A stretch of DNA of 64,000 nucleotides from assembly GCA_045602215.1 (NCBI GenBank), contig JAZSBE010000072.1, positions 1,390-65,389 on the forward strand, given 5' to 3'. Numbering within the stretch: position 1 is the first letter of the stretch; each line of letters opens with the position of its first letter. A program made the position numbers and the translations under genes. The notes under the pieces were generated by a model. The model made no database searches and was not told the origin of the DNA. It saw only the letters and a list, made by a program, of their open reading frames with translations. This stretch comes from Eubacteriales bacterium (GTDB lineage: Bacteria; Bacillota; Clostridia; Oscillospirales; CAG-272). Below, in pieces: positions 26,115 through 35,121 of the stretch.

Positions 26115-29100
26115 TTAGTATGCGTGTGCTGCGGTAACCAAGGGCGCTGCGGGAGGCGTGGGCTCGCCGGGAAGTGTTCCCTCGTTGTAGCCAAGCACAA
26201 TACCAAGATTATACCAGTAAAGAGCAAGATAATCACCCTTGTAGATGTTACCGTTACCTAATTGATCGGTAAAGGTTTCAAGATCAGAGTAACCTACGCC
26301 GCCTTCGCTGGAAACAAAGATGGGAGGAGGCACAGGAAGTCCTGCGGTCTGAGCCTTAATAAGATCCACATAGGGATTACCGTAAGTGGTATTCATCGTT
26401 GTGGCTCCAATACCCGGCAGCATGACAGGTACATTCGTGTGGTCGTCCATATCCAACGCGGTCGTTCCGCCAATGACAAGTTTTCCGTCAATGTCGGCAG
26501 GCGTACCCGTGCTAACACCGGGGATGTAGTCTGCATCCATATTGATCATGATCATATTCATGAAGCCATTGGCGTTTTCACCAAGCAGTGTCTTAAAGGA
26601 AGAACCACTCGGGAGACAATCATTCACTCCGGCAATCATTCCCGCCTGACTGTCGATACCGTGAGAGGTGAACCATGCCTCGGTACCTACGACGTAGGAG
26701 AATACCGTCGAGTTCGCATCGATGTTCACAATGTTCTTCGACTGGCTGTTGGCAGGGTCGGAGGTATTAGCATTCATACAGAGGATCGCAGGACCGCCCG
26801 CCTTACCTACGAAGGAATTGTTGATGTTGATCGTAGTGGGCACGTGGTTCGCGTGAAGCTCGGTCGCATTCTCGTCATCAATATCGTTCCTGGTCCAGGT
26901 GTTGATGTGAGACTGCCATGCGTCATAGAATTTGGTGTAGTTGAGGTTCACGGTCTGGCAATCATACTCCGGCATCGCCGTGATGTAGTAACGGGTTGCA
27001 TTGACCGCGTTGAGATTGTAGGTCGCCTTCGCGGTCTTGAACGCATAGACACCGAGCATATGACGCTGCGATTCTATCAGATCCTCAACCGAAACAGACT
27101 CGTCGTTGTCGTTCATGCCGAGTGCATAGAAGTTGTAAACGTAGTCTGTGTGGTTGAAGTTCGGCTCGTACCACAGGTTCTCAGCAACGTTGAATCGGAA
27201 GATCTCGGAAGAGGATAATCCGTTGTCGTCATTCGCCAATTTTCCACCGACAAGCTGTGTTCCCTGGGGTGCAACGATGGGAATGTTGTAGGTGTTGATG
27301 GTGAAGTAGTTGCCGTAGAAATTGAAGGTGCCGGCAGACGTCATTTCGTGGTAATAGATGGACTGATGGTCCCAGATATAGGTATTACCGTTTACACCGG
27401 TGCAGAAGTACTCCGCAGGCAGGTCGGTTTTCTGAATGGTGAAGTTGTTGTGGAGAACCACGCCGTTGAGGGTTGCGGGACGTGTGATGCCATTGTTCTG
27501 AAGGAAGGTGTTTACAACCGTGAGCTGGTTATAGCCCGAGTTACCAAGATCCTTGGACACGTTGGTGATCACGTTGAGCTCCTTGGCGTCGTGGATGTTG
27601 TATGCGTCCACAACGGTAACCTCAAGGGTCTTTGTAAAGGTTTCAATCTTGCTGTCAGGAATGTTATCGGGACGGGTCTTGATCACGAAGGTCTTGCCCT
27701 CGGCAGCCTTGGTGAACTGGAAGGTGTGGTTTTCCTCGTCAATGGTAACGTATTCCGAGCCAACGGGAGTACCGTTCAGAAGCACCTCGGATTTGCTCGT
27801 ATAGCCCACGTACTTTTCAACAGGCAGATAGGTCGTGGGATCAAGCAGTTTCAGGTTGAGCGTGTACTTGAAGGGATTGTTGCTTCCTACAACGTAGCCG
27901 TAGCCACTGTCAAGGAAGTTGTTCTGGTAGGTGTTTTGCTTCCAGTTTGCAAGCTGGTCGGGATCAGAAACACCTCCCACAACGTAGTTGAAGTCCTCGG
28001 CAACGATCGTAACCTTAACGGCTGCAGACGTCACGCCTTGGAAGGTAGCCGTGATTTCGCCCTCATAAACACTGTTTTTATCGAAGTCTGCGCCATTGAC
28101 CACGACGCCGTCCTTCACAGCTCTCTCAATAAACTCGCCGTTGGAGAGGGTGAGGTCAACGCGGAGGTTGCTGACGTCGAACTTGCCAAGGGTGGTGTGC
28201 GCTTCAAAGGAACCGGTGTCGATTGCAACCGATACAACGGTCACGACCTCGATCTCGAAGGTGCTCGAGAACGTACCGTCCGCACAGGTGTAGGTTGCGG
28301 TAACCGTCTTCTTGCCTGCGGTGGTGGTGTCAACCGCGGAAAGAGTCAGACCGGTAACAGTTCTGGGAAGATTGTTGGAGAGGGTCGCGGTAGCCGAAAT
28401 CTCTCCTGCGTTATAGGTCTCACCGAGCAATACCCAAGTCGCATAACCGCTGTTGACCTTGATGGAGGTCACAACAGGGGGAGTGCTGGAAAGGATAACG
28501 GTAGCACTGAACTCACCGTAGGTGATCACCCAGTTGCGGTTGCCTGCAGAGTGAGGCGGGAAGTTGTTCGCAACAAGCTTGGAATCGTTGCTCGCAATGA
28601 GGTGTCTGTCACCGTTATTGTAGCAAAGATAAACCTTGAGACCGGAAATGTCGGGATTGTAACCCTCTGCAACGGTCGTGTCAACCGACTCGGGATCAAC
28701 CTCGATGCCTACGGGCAGGATCTCCATAACGGTCACCGTAAACTCAAGCGTGAGCGACTCGTAAGCAACCTTCAGGGTCTGCTCGCCAACCTTCTTGGGA
28801 TCGATCTCGGTGAGGAACTTCAGATCCTTCGCCTCAACGATCTTGGTCGAATTGTCGGAATAGGTAGCCGTGATGGTAAGCGCGGACGTGTCGTAGACGT
28901 CGTTCTTGTAGATGGAGCTCTTCAGTCCGCTGCGGTAAGCCAGAGACGTCAGAGTGGGTGCGACGGGAGTGGTGTCTCCGGGCTTGGGTGCGCTCGGCAC
29001 CTTGACCTCAAGAGAAGCGGTGATGCTGAGCCCGTCATAGGTAATGGTGTACTCCACCTTTTGGGGCTTGGATGTGTCAACTGCAGAAATCTCAACGTCA

Positions 29101-29315
29101 TCGACGCCAAGCTCTACGGTAGACAGGTCATTGTAGGTTGCAAGAAGCTTGATCTGGGAGAAATCGGGGGTCTCACCAACCAGAACCTCGGTGGGCGCGC
29201 CGCCGGTGATCGCCAGACTCTCAATTTGTTTGCCAAATTGGAAGCCGTCACAAGCCGTCAATGACAAAATAATCGTAAGAAGTAGGACAATTGGAAGTAA
29301 AATTCTTTTTTTCAT
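26115..29315 (-). CDS. 1066-aa lipoprotein with N-terminal Big_3-like Ig repeats and large C-terminal (beta-helix-like?) domain
   Basis: Signal MKKRILLPIVLLLTIILSLTAC (lipobox). Five to six ~80-aa repeats ending in patterns such as GEQTLKVAYESLTLEFTVTV. The C-terminal ~550 aa is N/T/G-rich with no family recognised. Confidence 0.8.
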   Translation of the reverse strand: MKKRILLPIVLLLTIILSLTACDGFQFGKQIESLAITGGAPTEVLVGETPDFSQIKLLATYNDLSTVELGVDDVEISAVDTSKPQKVEYTITYDGLSITASLEVKVPSAPKPGDTTPVAPTLTSLAYRSGLKSSIYKNDVYDTSALTITATYSDNSTKIVEAKDLKFLTEIDPKKVGEQTLKVAYESLTLEFTVTVMEILPVGIEVDPESVDTTVAEGYNPDISGLKVYLCYNNGDRHLIASNDSKLVANNFPPHSAGNRNWVITYGEFSATVILSSTPPVVTSIKVNSGYATWVLLGETYNAGEISATATLSNNLPRTVTGLTLSAVDTTTAGKKTVTATYTCADGTFSSTFEIEVVTVVSVAIDTGSFEAHTTLGKFDVSNLRVDLTLSNGEFIERAVKDGVVVNGADFDKNSVYEGEITATFQGVTSAAVKVTIVAEDFNYVVGGVSDPDQLANWKQNTYQNNFLDSGYGYVVGSNNPFKYTLNLKLLDPTTYLPVEKYVGYTSKSEVLLNGTPVGSEYVTIDEENHTFQFTKAAEGKTFVIKTRPDNIPDSKIETFTKTLEVTVVDAYNIHDAKELNVITNVSKDLGNSGYNQLTVVNTFLQNNGITRPATLNGVVLHNNFTIQKTDLPAEYFCTGVNGNTYIWDHQSIYYHEMTSAGTFNFYGNYFTINTYNIPIVAPQGTQLVGGKLANDDNGLSSSEIFRFNVAENLWYEPNFNHTDYVYNFYALGMNDNDESVSVEDLIESQRHMLGVYAFKTAKATYNLNAVNATRYYITAMPEYDCQTVNLNYTKFYDAWQSHINTWTRNDIDDENATELHANHVPTTININNSFVGKAGGPAILCMNANTSDPANSQSKNIVNIDANSTVFSYVVGTEAWFTSHGIDSQAGMIAGVNDCLPSGSSFKTLLGENANGFMNMIMINMDADYIPGVSTGTPADIDGKLVIGGTTALDMDDHTNVPVMLPGIGATTMNTTYGNPYVDLIKAQTAGLPVPPPIFVSSEGGVGYSDLETFTDQLGNGNIYKGDYLALYWYNLGIVLGYNEGTLPGEPTPPAAPLVTAAHAY

Positions 29316-29390
29316 TTTTTTGGCCTCTTTTCTTTATTTATTGCATAATTGCAAACAATGTTGTTGGGGAGTCATTTTGCGTATGCAAAA

Positions 29391-29819
29391 TCACTCGTAC
29401 TCTGACGTATCGATCGCCCAGATCATAATCTTTTGGGAAATCGTGGGGTTTTCAGCCGAAACGATGTACACGGGGAAAACGCGCGTTCCCTCGCCCGTGA
29501 TGGTGATGAGACCATTCTCATCGACCGTTGCAAAGGTGTTATCCTTTTCAAGGACGTAGTTGATCTTTGCATTGGTGGCATTCGCGGGCTTCACCTCACA
29601 GTAGAGCTGAACCGTTCTCGTGCCGTCCTCCTTGAACTCGTTGAGAAAGTGGATCGAATCCTCTCCCTGGATCAGCTTGATCTCGTGATCGGCGGTGACC
29701 GTGATGCTCTCTACGTATACGTTGTCGATGTACGTCTTGGGATTCAGACCTAAGAAGGACACCAGAGCGATCGCCGCTACGTATATCAGAGCAATCACAA
29801 TGACGACTGCTTTTTTCAT
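29391..29819 (-). CDS. membrane-anchored Big_2-like Ig-domain protein
   Basis: 142 aa. N-terminal TM helix. VKPANATNAKINYVLEKDNTFATVDENGLITITGEG matches the Big_2 pattern. Confidence 0.65.
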   Translation of the reverse strand: MKKAVVIVIALIYVAAIALVSFLGLNPKTYIDNVYVESITVTADHEIKLIQGEDSIHFLNEFKEDGTRTVQLYCEVKPANATNAKINYVLEKDNTFATVDENGLITITGEGTRVFPVYIVSAENPTISQKIMIWAIDTSEYE

Positions 29820-29822
29820 CTT

Positions 29823-31493
29823 TTATTTCTCCTTATAGTAGAGCTTTACGTTCTGGTAGAACGTAAAGAACTTGATTGCAAAAGCGGCGATTCCCACCAG
29901 CATGAGCTTGAGATACAGATTGTAGGGCTCGTGCATCTGCAGGATCAGGAATACCATAAATGCCGTTGCGAACGAGAGGATAAACGCCAGAGCGGTCGCC
30001 TTTGCCTCGTTGGGGTTGGACTCGGTCGATCCCATCGTCGCGTAAACCTCGTTCTGCGGGTTCATGATGTCAAACTCGGCACACAAAAGATGATGCGCGA
30101 GGTAGATGAACCAGATGCCGCCCAGGAGATAGAAGAGATCCACCCCGGTAAGGCCGCAGGTGTCCTTCATCACAACGCAGGTCAGAACCAGGGACAGGGT
30201 CACGAAGAGGGTGTTGGGCACGAGCTTGGCGAGGAGCAGTCCAAAGGGATTGGTAGGCTGCGTCTTGATCAGGTAGCTGGAGCGACCTTCCTTTGAGAAG
30301 ATGCTGGCAGCGTAGGTATTGGAGTTGAGCGCAATCAGCATGATAATCAGCACGTTTGCGGTGGATACCATGATTTTACCGATCGCCCGAAGACTCATTG
30401 CCGCGAAAATCCTATTCAGAAGGAATATGAGAATCGGGATGGCAAACAGCATCGCCACGTTGGAATACAGTCTGTCAGAGGACTTGATCGCCACGAGCAT
30501 TTCGTTGGCGAATGCTGCAGTCCTTTTGTTGTGTACTCTGTTCTTTCTGGGCTTCACGTTCTTTTTGAGGAACTCAAAGGGCTTGGACGCCATGGAGTAG
30601 AAGAGCGGACGCGCGATCAGAGCTGCCAGTCCTGCAAACACTGCGACAAAACCGAGAAGAACCAGCAAGCGCAGCAGGTTTGCTCCAAGCGAGAAGGATA
30701 TGAAGTCCGCGCTTCCCAGAAGCACGAGCGTCATATTGAACACGGGGTTCAACGTCTGCGCCTTTACGTCCGAATAAGCATAACTGTCAACGAATCGTCT
30801 GATTTGCCTTCTGATGAACGTCGCCTGATCTCTGAGGTCGATGTTTGTGGGGATAAGGTTGATCGCGTAGAACACGCCCATGATTGCCGCGACGACCAGG
30901 ATGACGAGCACGATCTTCTGCAGAAGTGCGCGCTGGTTGAAGAGGTTGGCGAGCCACATGCCGGGGATGGAAAGCAGAGCTGCCACCGCAACCGTAAGCA
31001 TGGAAACGAAAATGATACAGAATACCATCCAAATGTAGTAATGAACCGCGAAGCCGTGCGTAAAGAAGTAGGCTACGAACACCGGAACGATGAAGGAAAA
31101 GTTACGGATCAGTTCAAATACGTAGAAAATGATGATCTTAGATAAGAAGATCTGGTTTGGTGTACAAGGGAGGGTCAAAAGGACCGCGTTGTCTCTTGAA
31201 TAATAGAGAGATTTGGTAAGACCGATAGTGCAGGACAGAAGCGAAAAGCCGGTCATCACCAAGAATGCAATTGAGATTGCCGACGGAGGCACGTATCCGG
31301 CGTATCCGAACAGACTGAACATCTTCGCCACCGTGATAAACGCACCGCAAAGCAGGGTAACCATTGCAAACTTGAGAATCGCAACGAACACGGACAACAG
31401 AAGGTTAAAGGACTTGCTGCCGTGTTTTTCCGTACGCTTGGAGGCGAGCTTTTCTTTCAGCTGCATCTTGACAAGTGTAATCAGATTATCCAT
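29823..31493 (-). CDS. polytopic membrane protein, putative ABC exporter permease partner
   Basis: 556 aa with 12 or more hydrophobic segments. GAGGTGGAG RBS. Lies 22 nt after the ABC ATPase fusion gene. Layout resembles the 'putative ABC exporter' family (from memory, not verified). Confidence 0.6.
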   Translation of the reverse strand: MDNLITLVKMQLKEKLASKRTEKHGSKSFNLLLSVFVAILKFAMVTLLCGAFITVAKMFSLFGYAGYVPPSAISIAFLVMTGFSLLSCTIGLTKSLYYSRDNAVLLTLPCTPNQIFLSKIIIFYVFELIRNFSFIVPVFVAYFFTHGFAVHYYIWMVFCIIFVSMLTVAVAALLSIPGMWLANLFNQRALLQKIVLVILVVAAIMGVFYAINLIPTNIDLRDQATFIRRQIRRFVDSYAYSDVKAQTLNPVFNMTLVLLGSADFISFSLGANLLRLLVLLGFVAVFAGLAALIARPLFYSMASKPFEFLKKNVKPRKNRVHNKRTAAFANEMLVAIKSSDRLYSNVAMLFAIPILIFLLNRIFAAMSLRAIGKIMVSTANVLIIMLIALNSNTYAASIFSKEGRSSYLIKTQPTNPFGLLLAKLVPNTLFVTLSLVLTCVVMKDTCGLTGVDLFYLLGGIWFIYLAHHLLCAEFDIMNPQNEVYATMGSTESNPNEAKATALAFILSFATAFMVFLILQMHEPYNLYLKLMLVGIAAFAIKFFTFYQNVKLYYKEK

Positions 31494-31514
31494 TTGCTAA
31501 CTCCACCTCACGCA

Positions 31515-33809
31515 TCAGACTGTCGTCTCCGCAGCGGAGATCGGCGTTTTCGATTCCTCCTCGCGTCGGAGGCTGATGTCCACGTAGTCGGGGTCCTCGT
31601 TTTCGATAATGCTGAGATAGAAGTGCTCGAGGTCGATGCCTCTTTCCTCAAGCTCCTTGAGGGTGATGCAAGCGCGGAGCTTACCCTTCTTGATAATCGC
31701 GATCTTATCGCAGATCTTTTCCACGACGTCGATGATGTGCGAGGAGAAGAACACGATGTTGCCCTTGGCAGCGTGCGCCTTCATGCACTCCTTCACCTCG
31801 TGAATGGAGTTGGGGTCAAGACCTGTCAGCGGCTCGTCAAGGATCCAGACCTTGGGATTGTGCACGAGTGCCGCCATGATCGCGATCTTCTGCTTCATAC
31901 CGTGAGAGTAGGTCTTCATCTGGTTGTCAAAGGAGCCTGTGAGCTGGAAGGACTCCACGTAGCCCTCAATGCGCTCGTCGCGGTCCTTTTGACTGACCGA
32001 GTAAAGGTCTGCAATATAGTTGATGTATTCTCTTCCCGTGAGGTTTTCGTAAAGCGCGTAGTGGTCGGGAACGAATCCGAGATTGTGCTTTGCCTGAATA
32101 GACTGTCTGTCGACGTCATAGCCGCAAACCTCGATATTACCCTCGGTGATCGTCTGGATTCCAACGACACTCTTGATGATCGTGGATTTACCCGCACCGT
32201 TGGGACCGAGGAAGCCGAACACCTCGCCGCCCTTGACCTCAAAGGAGACGTCGTTTACAGAGTAATGCTGGTTTCTTCCGTACTTTTTCTTGAAGTGCTT
32301 CAGCACGAGGCTGGGAGAATTGTCTCCCGTGATGGGCTCGTTGATATTTCTTCCGCCGAGGAATTCCGTAAGCTCTTTTTTCATTCTCTTATAATCCCTT
32401 TCTTTTAATCTTCTGTCTTCCGCGCTATCCCAGGACTTGAACAGTATCGCGTACAGGAACCACATTCCCACGGATGCGACTACGTATACGAGGAAGAACA
32501 GGGACTGATAGATCGGATAAAATTCCATCGTGACTTCACCGATGGTAACGGGCCAAATGAAATCACGCGTTCTCTCTGCCCATTTACCAAGCTTATCAAC
32601 GATAAAATCACTGTTGAGGAAGAAGAAGTCCGTTTCATGACCGATACCCGTGAAATAACCGTTGGCGAAGATCATCGCGAAGAAGTAGCCGCAGAAGGCG
32701 ATCTGTGAGTACACCCACTGCTTGAACTTCGGTCTTTCAAAGATCTTCAGCGCCACCAGAAGAAGGGGCATAAAGAATGCGGGATAGTGATTGATCCAGA
32801 AATGCACCGACTCGTTGGACAGTGGCGAGTTGGAGAAGTTCGGCATGATCATTGCCAGGAAGGCACCCAGCACGTTGATGAACAGCGTGAAGTTGAAGAG
32901 CTTTTTCATTCCGAAGATCAAACAGATGGGAATGATAAACTGCGCCGTATTGCAAAGGTGAAGCGGCCAGGACCAAGGCGTCGTTGCATCCGCCAAGGTA
33001 TATTGTCTCATGTACGTCCACATCAGACCCAGCGACATGAAGATCATAACGAAGCGCTTGACGTCCTGAGGCTTATTCTTGATCGCCTGGAAGATCAGGA
33101 AAGGAACGAGGATCGCAAAATAAAGAACGATTCTGTGCAGATAGTTGAAATCGTCGATCGTCGTAACGCCCGGGATCTCACCAAAGATCGCATAGGGGAT
33201 GTAGGTGGGGATGATGGTCAGGAGCGCAAAGGGGAGCGCCAGGAGCAGGCTTCCCGCTTCCTTCCACGTGGGAAAGGGGAATTTCCCTTCCTCTATAAAT
33301 CTTGCCATCACAAGTCCGAGACCGAGACCGATCTCCACGCAAAGGAGCGGAAGTCTGAGGTCAAAGCTCGTAAACACGTCCGTACCGATGATACCTGCCG
33401 CATACGTGTCGAAGAAAACGATATCCAGAATCAGCACGGGAAGTGCGAAGAAGTTGGTCAGATGTCTTAGGGTCTTATACTCGAAGAACTGGTCGAGCAC
33501 GATCGCGAGCAGAGCCGTAAAGGTAAACCAAGTTAAAAACAAGGAAATGATCGTGCTTACGACGTCAGCCCCAAAAGGCGAAAACATATTGATACCCTGA
33601 AGGAAATGGTAGTTTCCATCACTGGCAATCATTCCTCGGTTCGCCTCGGTTTCGTACATATATCTGACGAACGCAGCCGTCGCCAGAACAAGCGCGAAAA
33701 ATTTCCTTGAAAGAGAAGAACTGTATTTTTTTAACCTAACGAAAATGGCAAGGCCGATAAAGACTGTTATCAGGCCAAAAATTAGCAAAAGACTGGTGGA
33801 TTGATTCAT
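31515..33809 (-). CDS. fusion protein: polytopic YwaF/TMEM164-like membrane domain + ABC transporter ATP-binding domain
   Basis: Start at ATG 33809 (AAAGAGG RBS); the TTG at 33848 was rejected. N-terminal ~480 aa is multi-TM with WSWPLHLC and HFWINH motifs. The C-terminus has Walker A GPNGAGKST, signature YSHGMKQK and Walker B ILDEPLTGLD. Confidence 0.8.
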   Translation of the reverse strand: MNQSTSLLLIFGLITVFIGLAIFVRLKKYSSSLSRKFFALVLATAAFVRYMYETEANRGMIASDGNYHFLQGINMFSPFGADVVSTIISLFLTWFTFTALLAIVLDQFFEYKTLRHLTNFFALPVLILDIVFFDTYAAGIIGTDVFTSFDLRLPLLCVEIGLGLGLVMARFIEEGKFPFPTWKEAGSLLLALPFALLTIIPTYIPYAIFGEIPGVTTIDDFNYLHRIVLYFAILVPFLIFQAIKNKPQDVKRFVMIFMSLGLMWTYMRQYTLADATTPWSWPLHLCNTAQFIIPICLIFGMKKLFNFTLFINVLGAFLAMIMPNFSNSPLSNESVHFWINHYPAFFMPLLLVALKIFERPKFKQWVYSQIAFCGYFFAMIFANGYFTGIGHETDFFFLNSDFIVDKLGKWAERTRDFIWPVTIGEVTMEFYPIYQSLFFLVYVVASVGMWFLYAILFKSWDSAEDRRLKERDYKRMKKELTEFLGGRNINEPITGDNSPSLVLKHFKKKYGRNQHYSVNDVSFEVKGGEVFGFLGPNGAGKSTIIKSVVGIQTITEGNIEVCGYDVDRQSIQAKHNLGFVPDHYALYENLTGREYINYIADLYSVSQKDRDERIEGYVESFQLTGSFDNQMKTYSHGMKQKIAIMAALVHNPKVWILDEPLTGLDPNSIHEVKECMKAHAAKGNIVFFSSHIIDVVEKICDKIAIIKKGKLRACITLKELEERGIDLEHFYLSIIENEDPDYVDISLRREEESKTPISAAETTV

Positions 33810-33897
33810 AAAATAAAACCTCTTTATCCATTCTAATATGCCGGACAAACAAGAACTGTGAAAGTGAGCTTTTCAAGGCTCACTTGCATCCTCGATT

Positions 33898-33925
33898 ATT
33901 ATACTACAAAATTACGAAAAGTCAA
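33898..33925 (-). promoter_or_regulatory. sigma70-type promoter of the ABC-fusion operon
   Basis: Reverse strand reads TTGACT-16 nt-TATAAT. The leader contains hairpin AAGTGAGC..GCTCACTT. Confidence 0.5.
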
Positions 33926-34115
33926 TATTTTTCGACAACCTTTGCCCTAATCGCCAAAAAGCGTTTGGGGATCCCATTTGTTTTTTGGTTGTTTTGACCA
34001 CGATTTTTCCAATATATGGATTGCGCCTTGCCAAGTTTTACATATATTCTCATTGACTGAAACAACAACCTATTTATTATATAAATCACGGTTTTCACCG
34101 TCCGGTGAAAAAGGC

Positions 34116-34145
34116 GAAGAAGAAGAAGAAGAAGAAGAAGAAGAA
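34116..34145. repeat. (GAA)10 trinucleotide microsatellite, intergenic
   Basis: Ten perfect GAA units counted directly. Flanked by inverted repeat TTTTCACCG/CGGTGAAAA (34092-34111) and a terminator hairpin (34157-34192). Confidence 0.95.
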
Positions 34146-34156
34146 AACGCATCAAA

Positions 34157-34192
34157 AAACACCTCCCGCGAGCCGAGTTGCGAAAGGTGTTT
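34157..34192 (-). terminator. Rho-independent terminator after the ywaF-like gene
   Basis: Stem AAACACCT / AGGTGTTT followed on the reverse strand by TTTTTTGATG. Lies 15 nt after the stop at 34207. Confidence 0.55.
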
Positions 34193-34206
34193 TGAGAGCA
34201 AATTAT

Positions 34207-34947
34207 TTACTTTAGTTTTTTGGGAAAGCATAGCCGAAGCAGCTTGCTCACAACCGTGTAAAGCGCGATGTACACGAAGGCGGAAAACGTTCCTCCGACG
34301 GTAACGGTCAGAACCGTAAAAACGGTGTAGTTCAGCTGTCCCCACTCGAGACGGAGCGCCTCCAGAGCAGGGATCACGCTTTGGAGAAAATTACAGTAAT
34401 TCACATCCCATTTATAGGCAAGAGGAAGTGCCACGGCGATATACACCACACCGATCCCACCCATCAGGAAGGCGTCGCGCGGCCGAGGACGGCACAGGCG
34501 CATCGCCACAGCGAGCAGAAAATAGAGTAATATTAAATGATGGAAAAGAAATCCGTGCGTTTCCCTGAAATTCTGACCGACAAGCCCGATATCCCCCATG
34601 ATCCCACAGGGATAGACGTACGTTGCCACCGAGACCATAAAGGACATACACACCGCAACGGGACGGAAGACCCGCGACATACGCGTCCCAAAAAGCTCGG
34701 CCAAGGGAATCACCACATAAAACAGACTGCAGTAATGAAAAGGCAGCAGGTAATAATCAAACTCTCCGAGCAAATTCCATTTCTGCTTGACAACCTCGAT
34801 AGAAAGCAACGTCAAAGCAACAACCGCGCAGGGAATGGCGCGCACCCGTTCGGAGTTTTTGCGAAACAGAAGCGCAAGAATCGCCACAAAAACGATCATT
34901 GCCAAAAGCACTCGAGGCAACACTTGTTTATCAATTTCAGAATACAC
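34207..34947 (-). CDS. YwaF/TIGR02206-like (TMEM164 family) integral membrane protein
   Basis: LPFHYCSL and FHHLILL motifs parallel WPLHLC/HFWINH in the fusion gene. Start placed at GTG 34947 (GAAAGGAG 5 nt upstream). The ORF-track ATG at 34986 lacks an RBS and sits ~20 nt from the predicted +1. Confidence 0.65.
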   Translation of the reverse strand: MYSEIDKQVLPRVLLAMIVFVAILALLFRKNSERVRAIPCAVVALTLLSIEVVKQKWNLLGEFDYYLLPFHYCSLFYVVIPLAELFGTRMSRVFRPVAVCMSFMVSVATYVYPCGIMGDIGLVGQNFRETHGFLFHHLILLYFLLAVAMRLCRPRPRDAFLMGGIGVVYIAVALPLAYKWDVNYCNFLQSVIPALEALRLEWGQLNYTVFTVLTVTVGGTFSAFVYIALYTVVSKLLRLCFPKKLK

Positions 34948-35004
34948 GGCGACTCCTTTCTCCCCTTCGCGGGCGGTTCTCATCAAGGCAAAAGCAATAC
35001 GACT

Positions 35005-35033
35005 ATTATACCACTCCTCTTCCCTTTTGTCAA
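35005..35033 (-). promoter_or_regulatory. sigma70-type promoter of the ywaF-like gene
   Basis: Reverse strand reads TTGACA-17 nt-TATAAT (perfect consensus). Confidence 0.6.
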
Positions 35034-35121
35034 ATGTTTTTCCGAAAAGGGTTTTCCGTTTTCGACAAAAAACGACACCGCCACCTCTTGGGCAAGGTAG
35101 CGGTGCTGCGGCAGATTCCTT

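Noticed and set aside
26262-29264. 318-aa and 638-aa plus-strand ORFs across the Ig-repeat lipoprotein gene
   Set aside because: They are antisense to a frame with a lipobox signal peptide and regular Big_3-like repeats. They have no start context.
29341-29391. Two short palindromes (TTGCATAATTGCAA and TTTTGCGTATGCAAAA) between the Big_2 gene and the Ig-repeat lipoprotein gene
   Set aside because: The stems are only 5-6 bp and AT-rich, in an AT-rich spacer. This is too weak to call an operator or attenuator without comparative data.
33922-34345. Three small ORFs (poly-Leu, poly-Glu, poly-Ser) spanning the (GAA)10 tract
   Set aside because: All three are simply the three reading phases of the microsatellite plus terminator hairpins. 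They have no RBS and lie between a terminator and a promoter.
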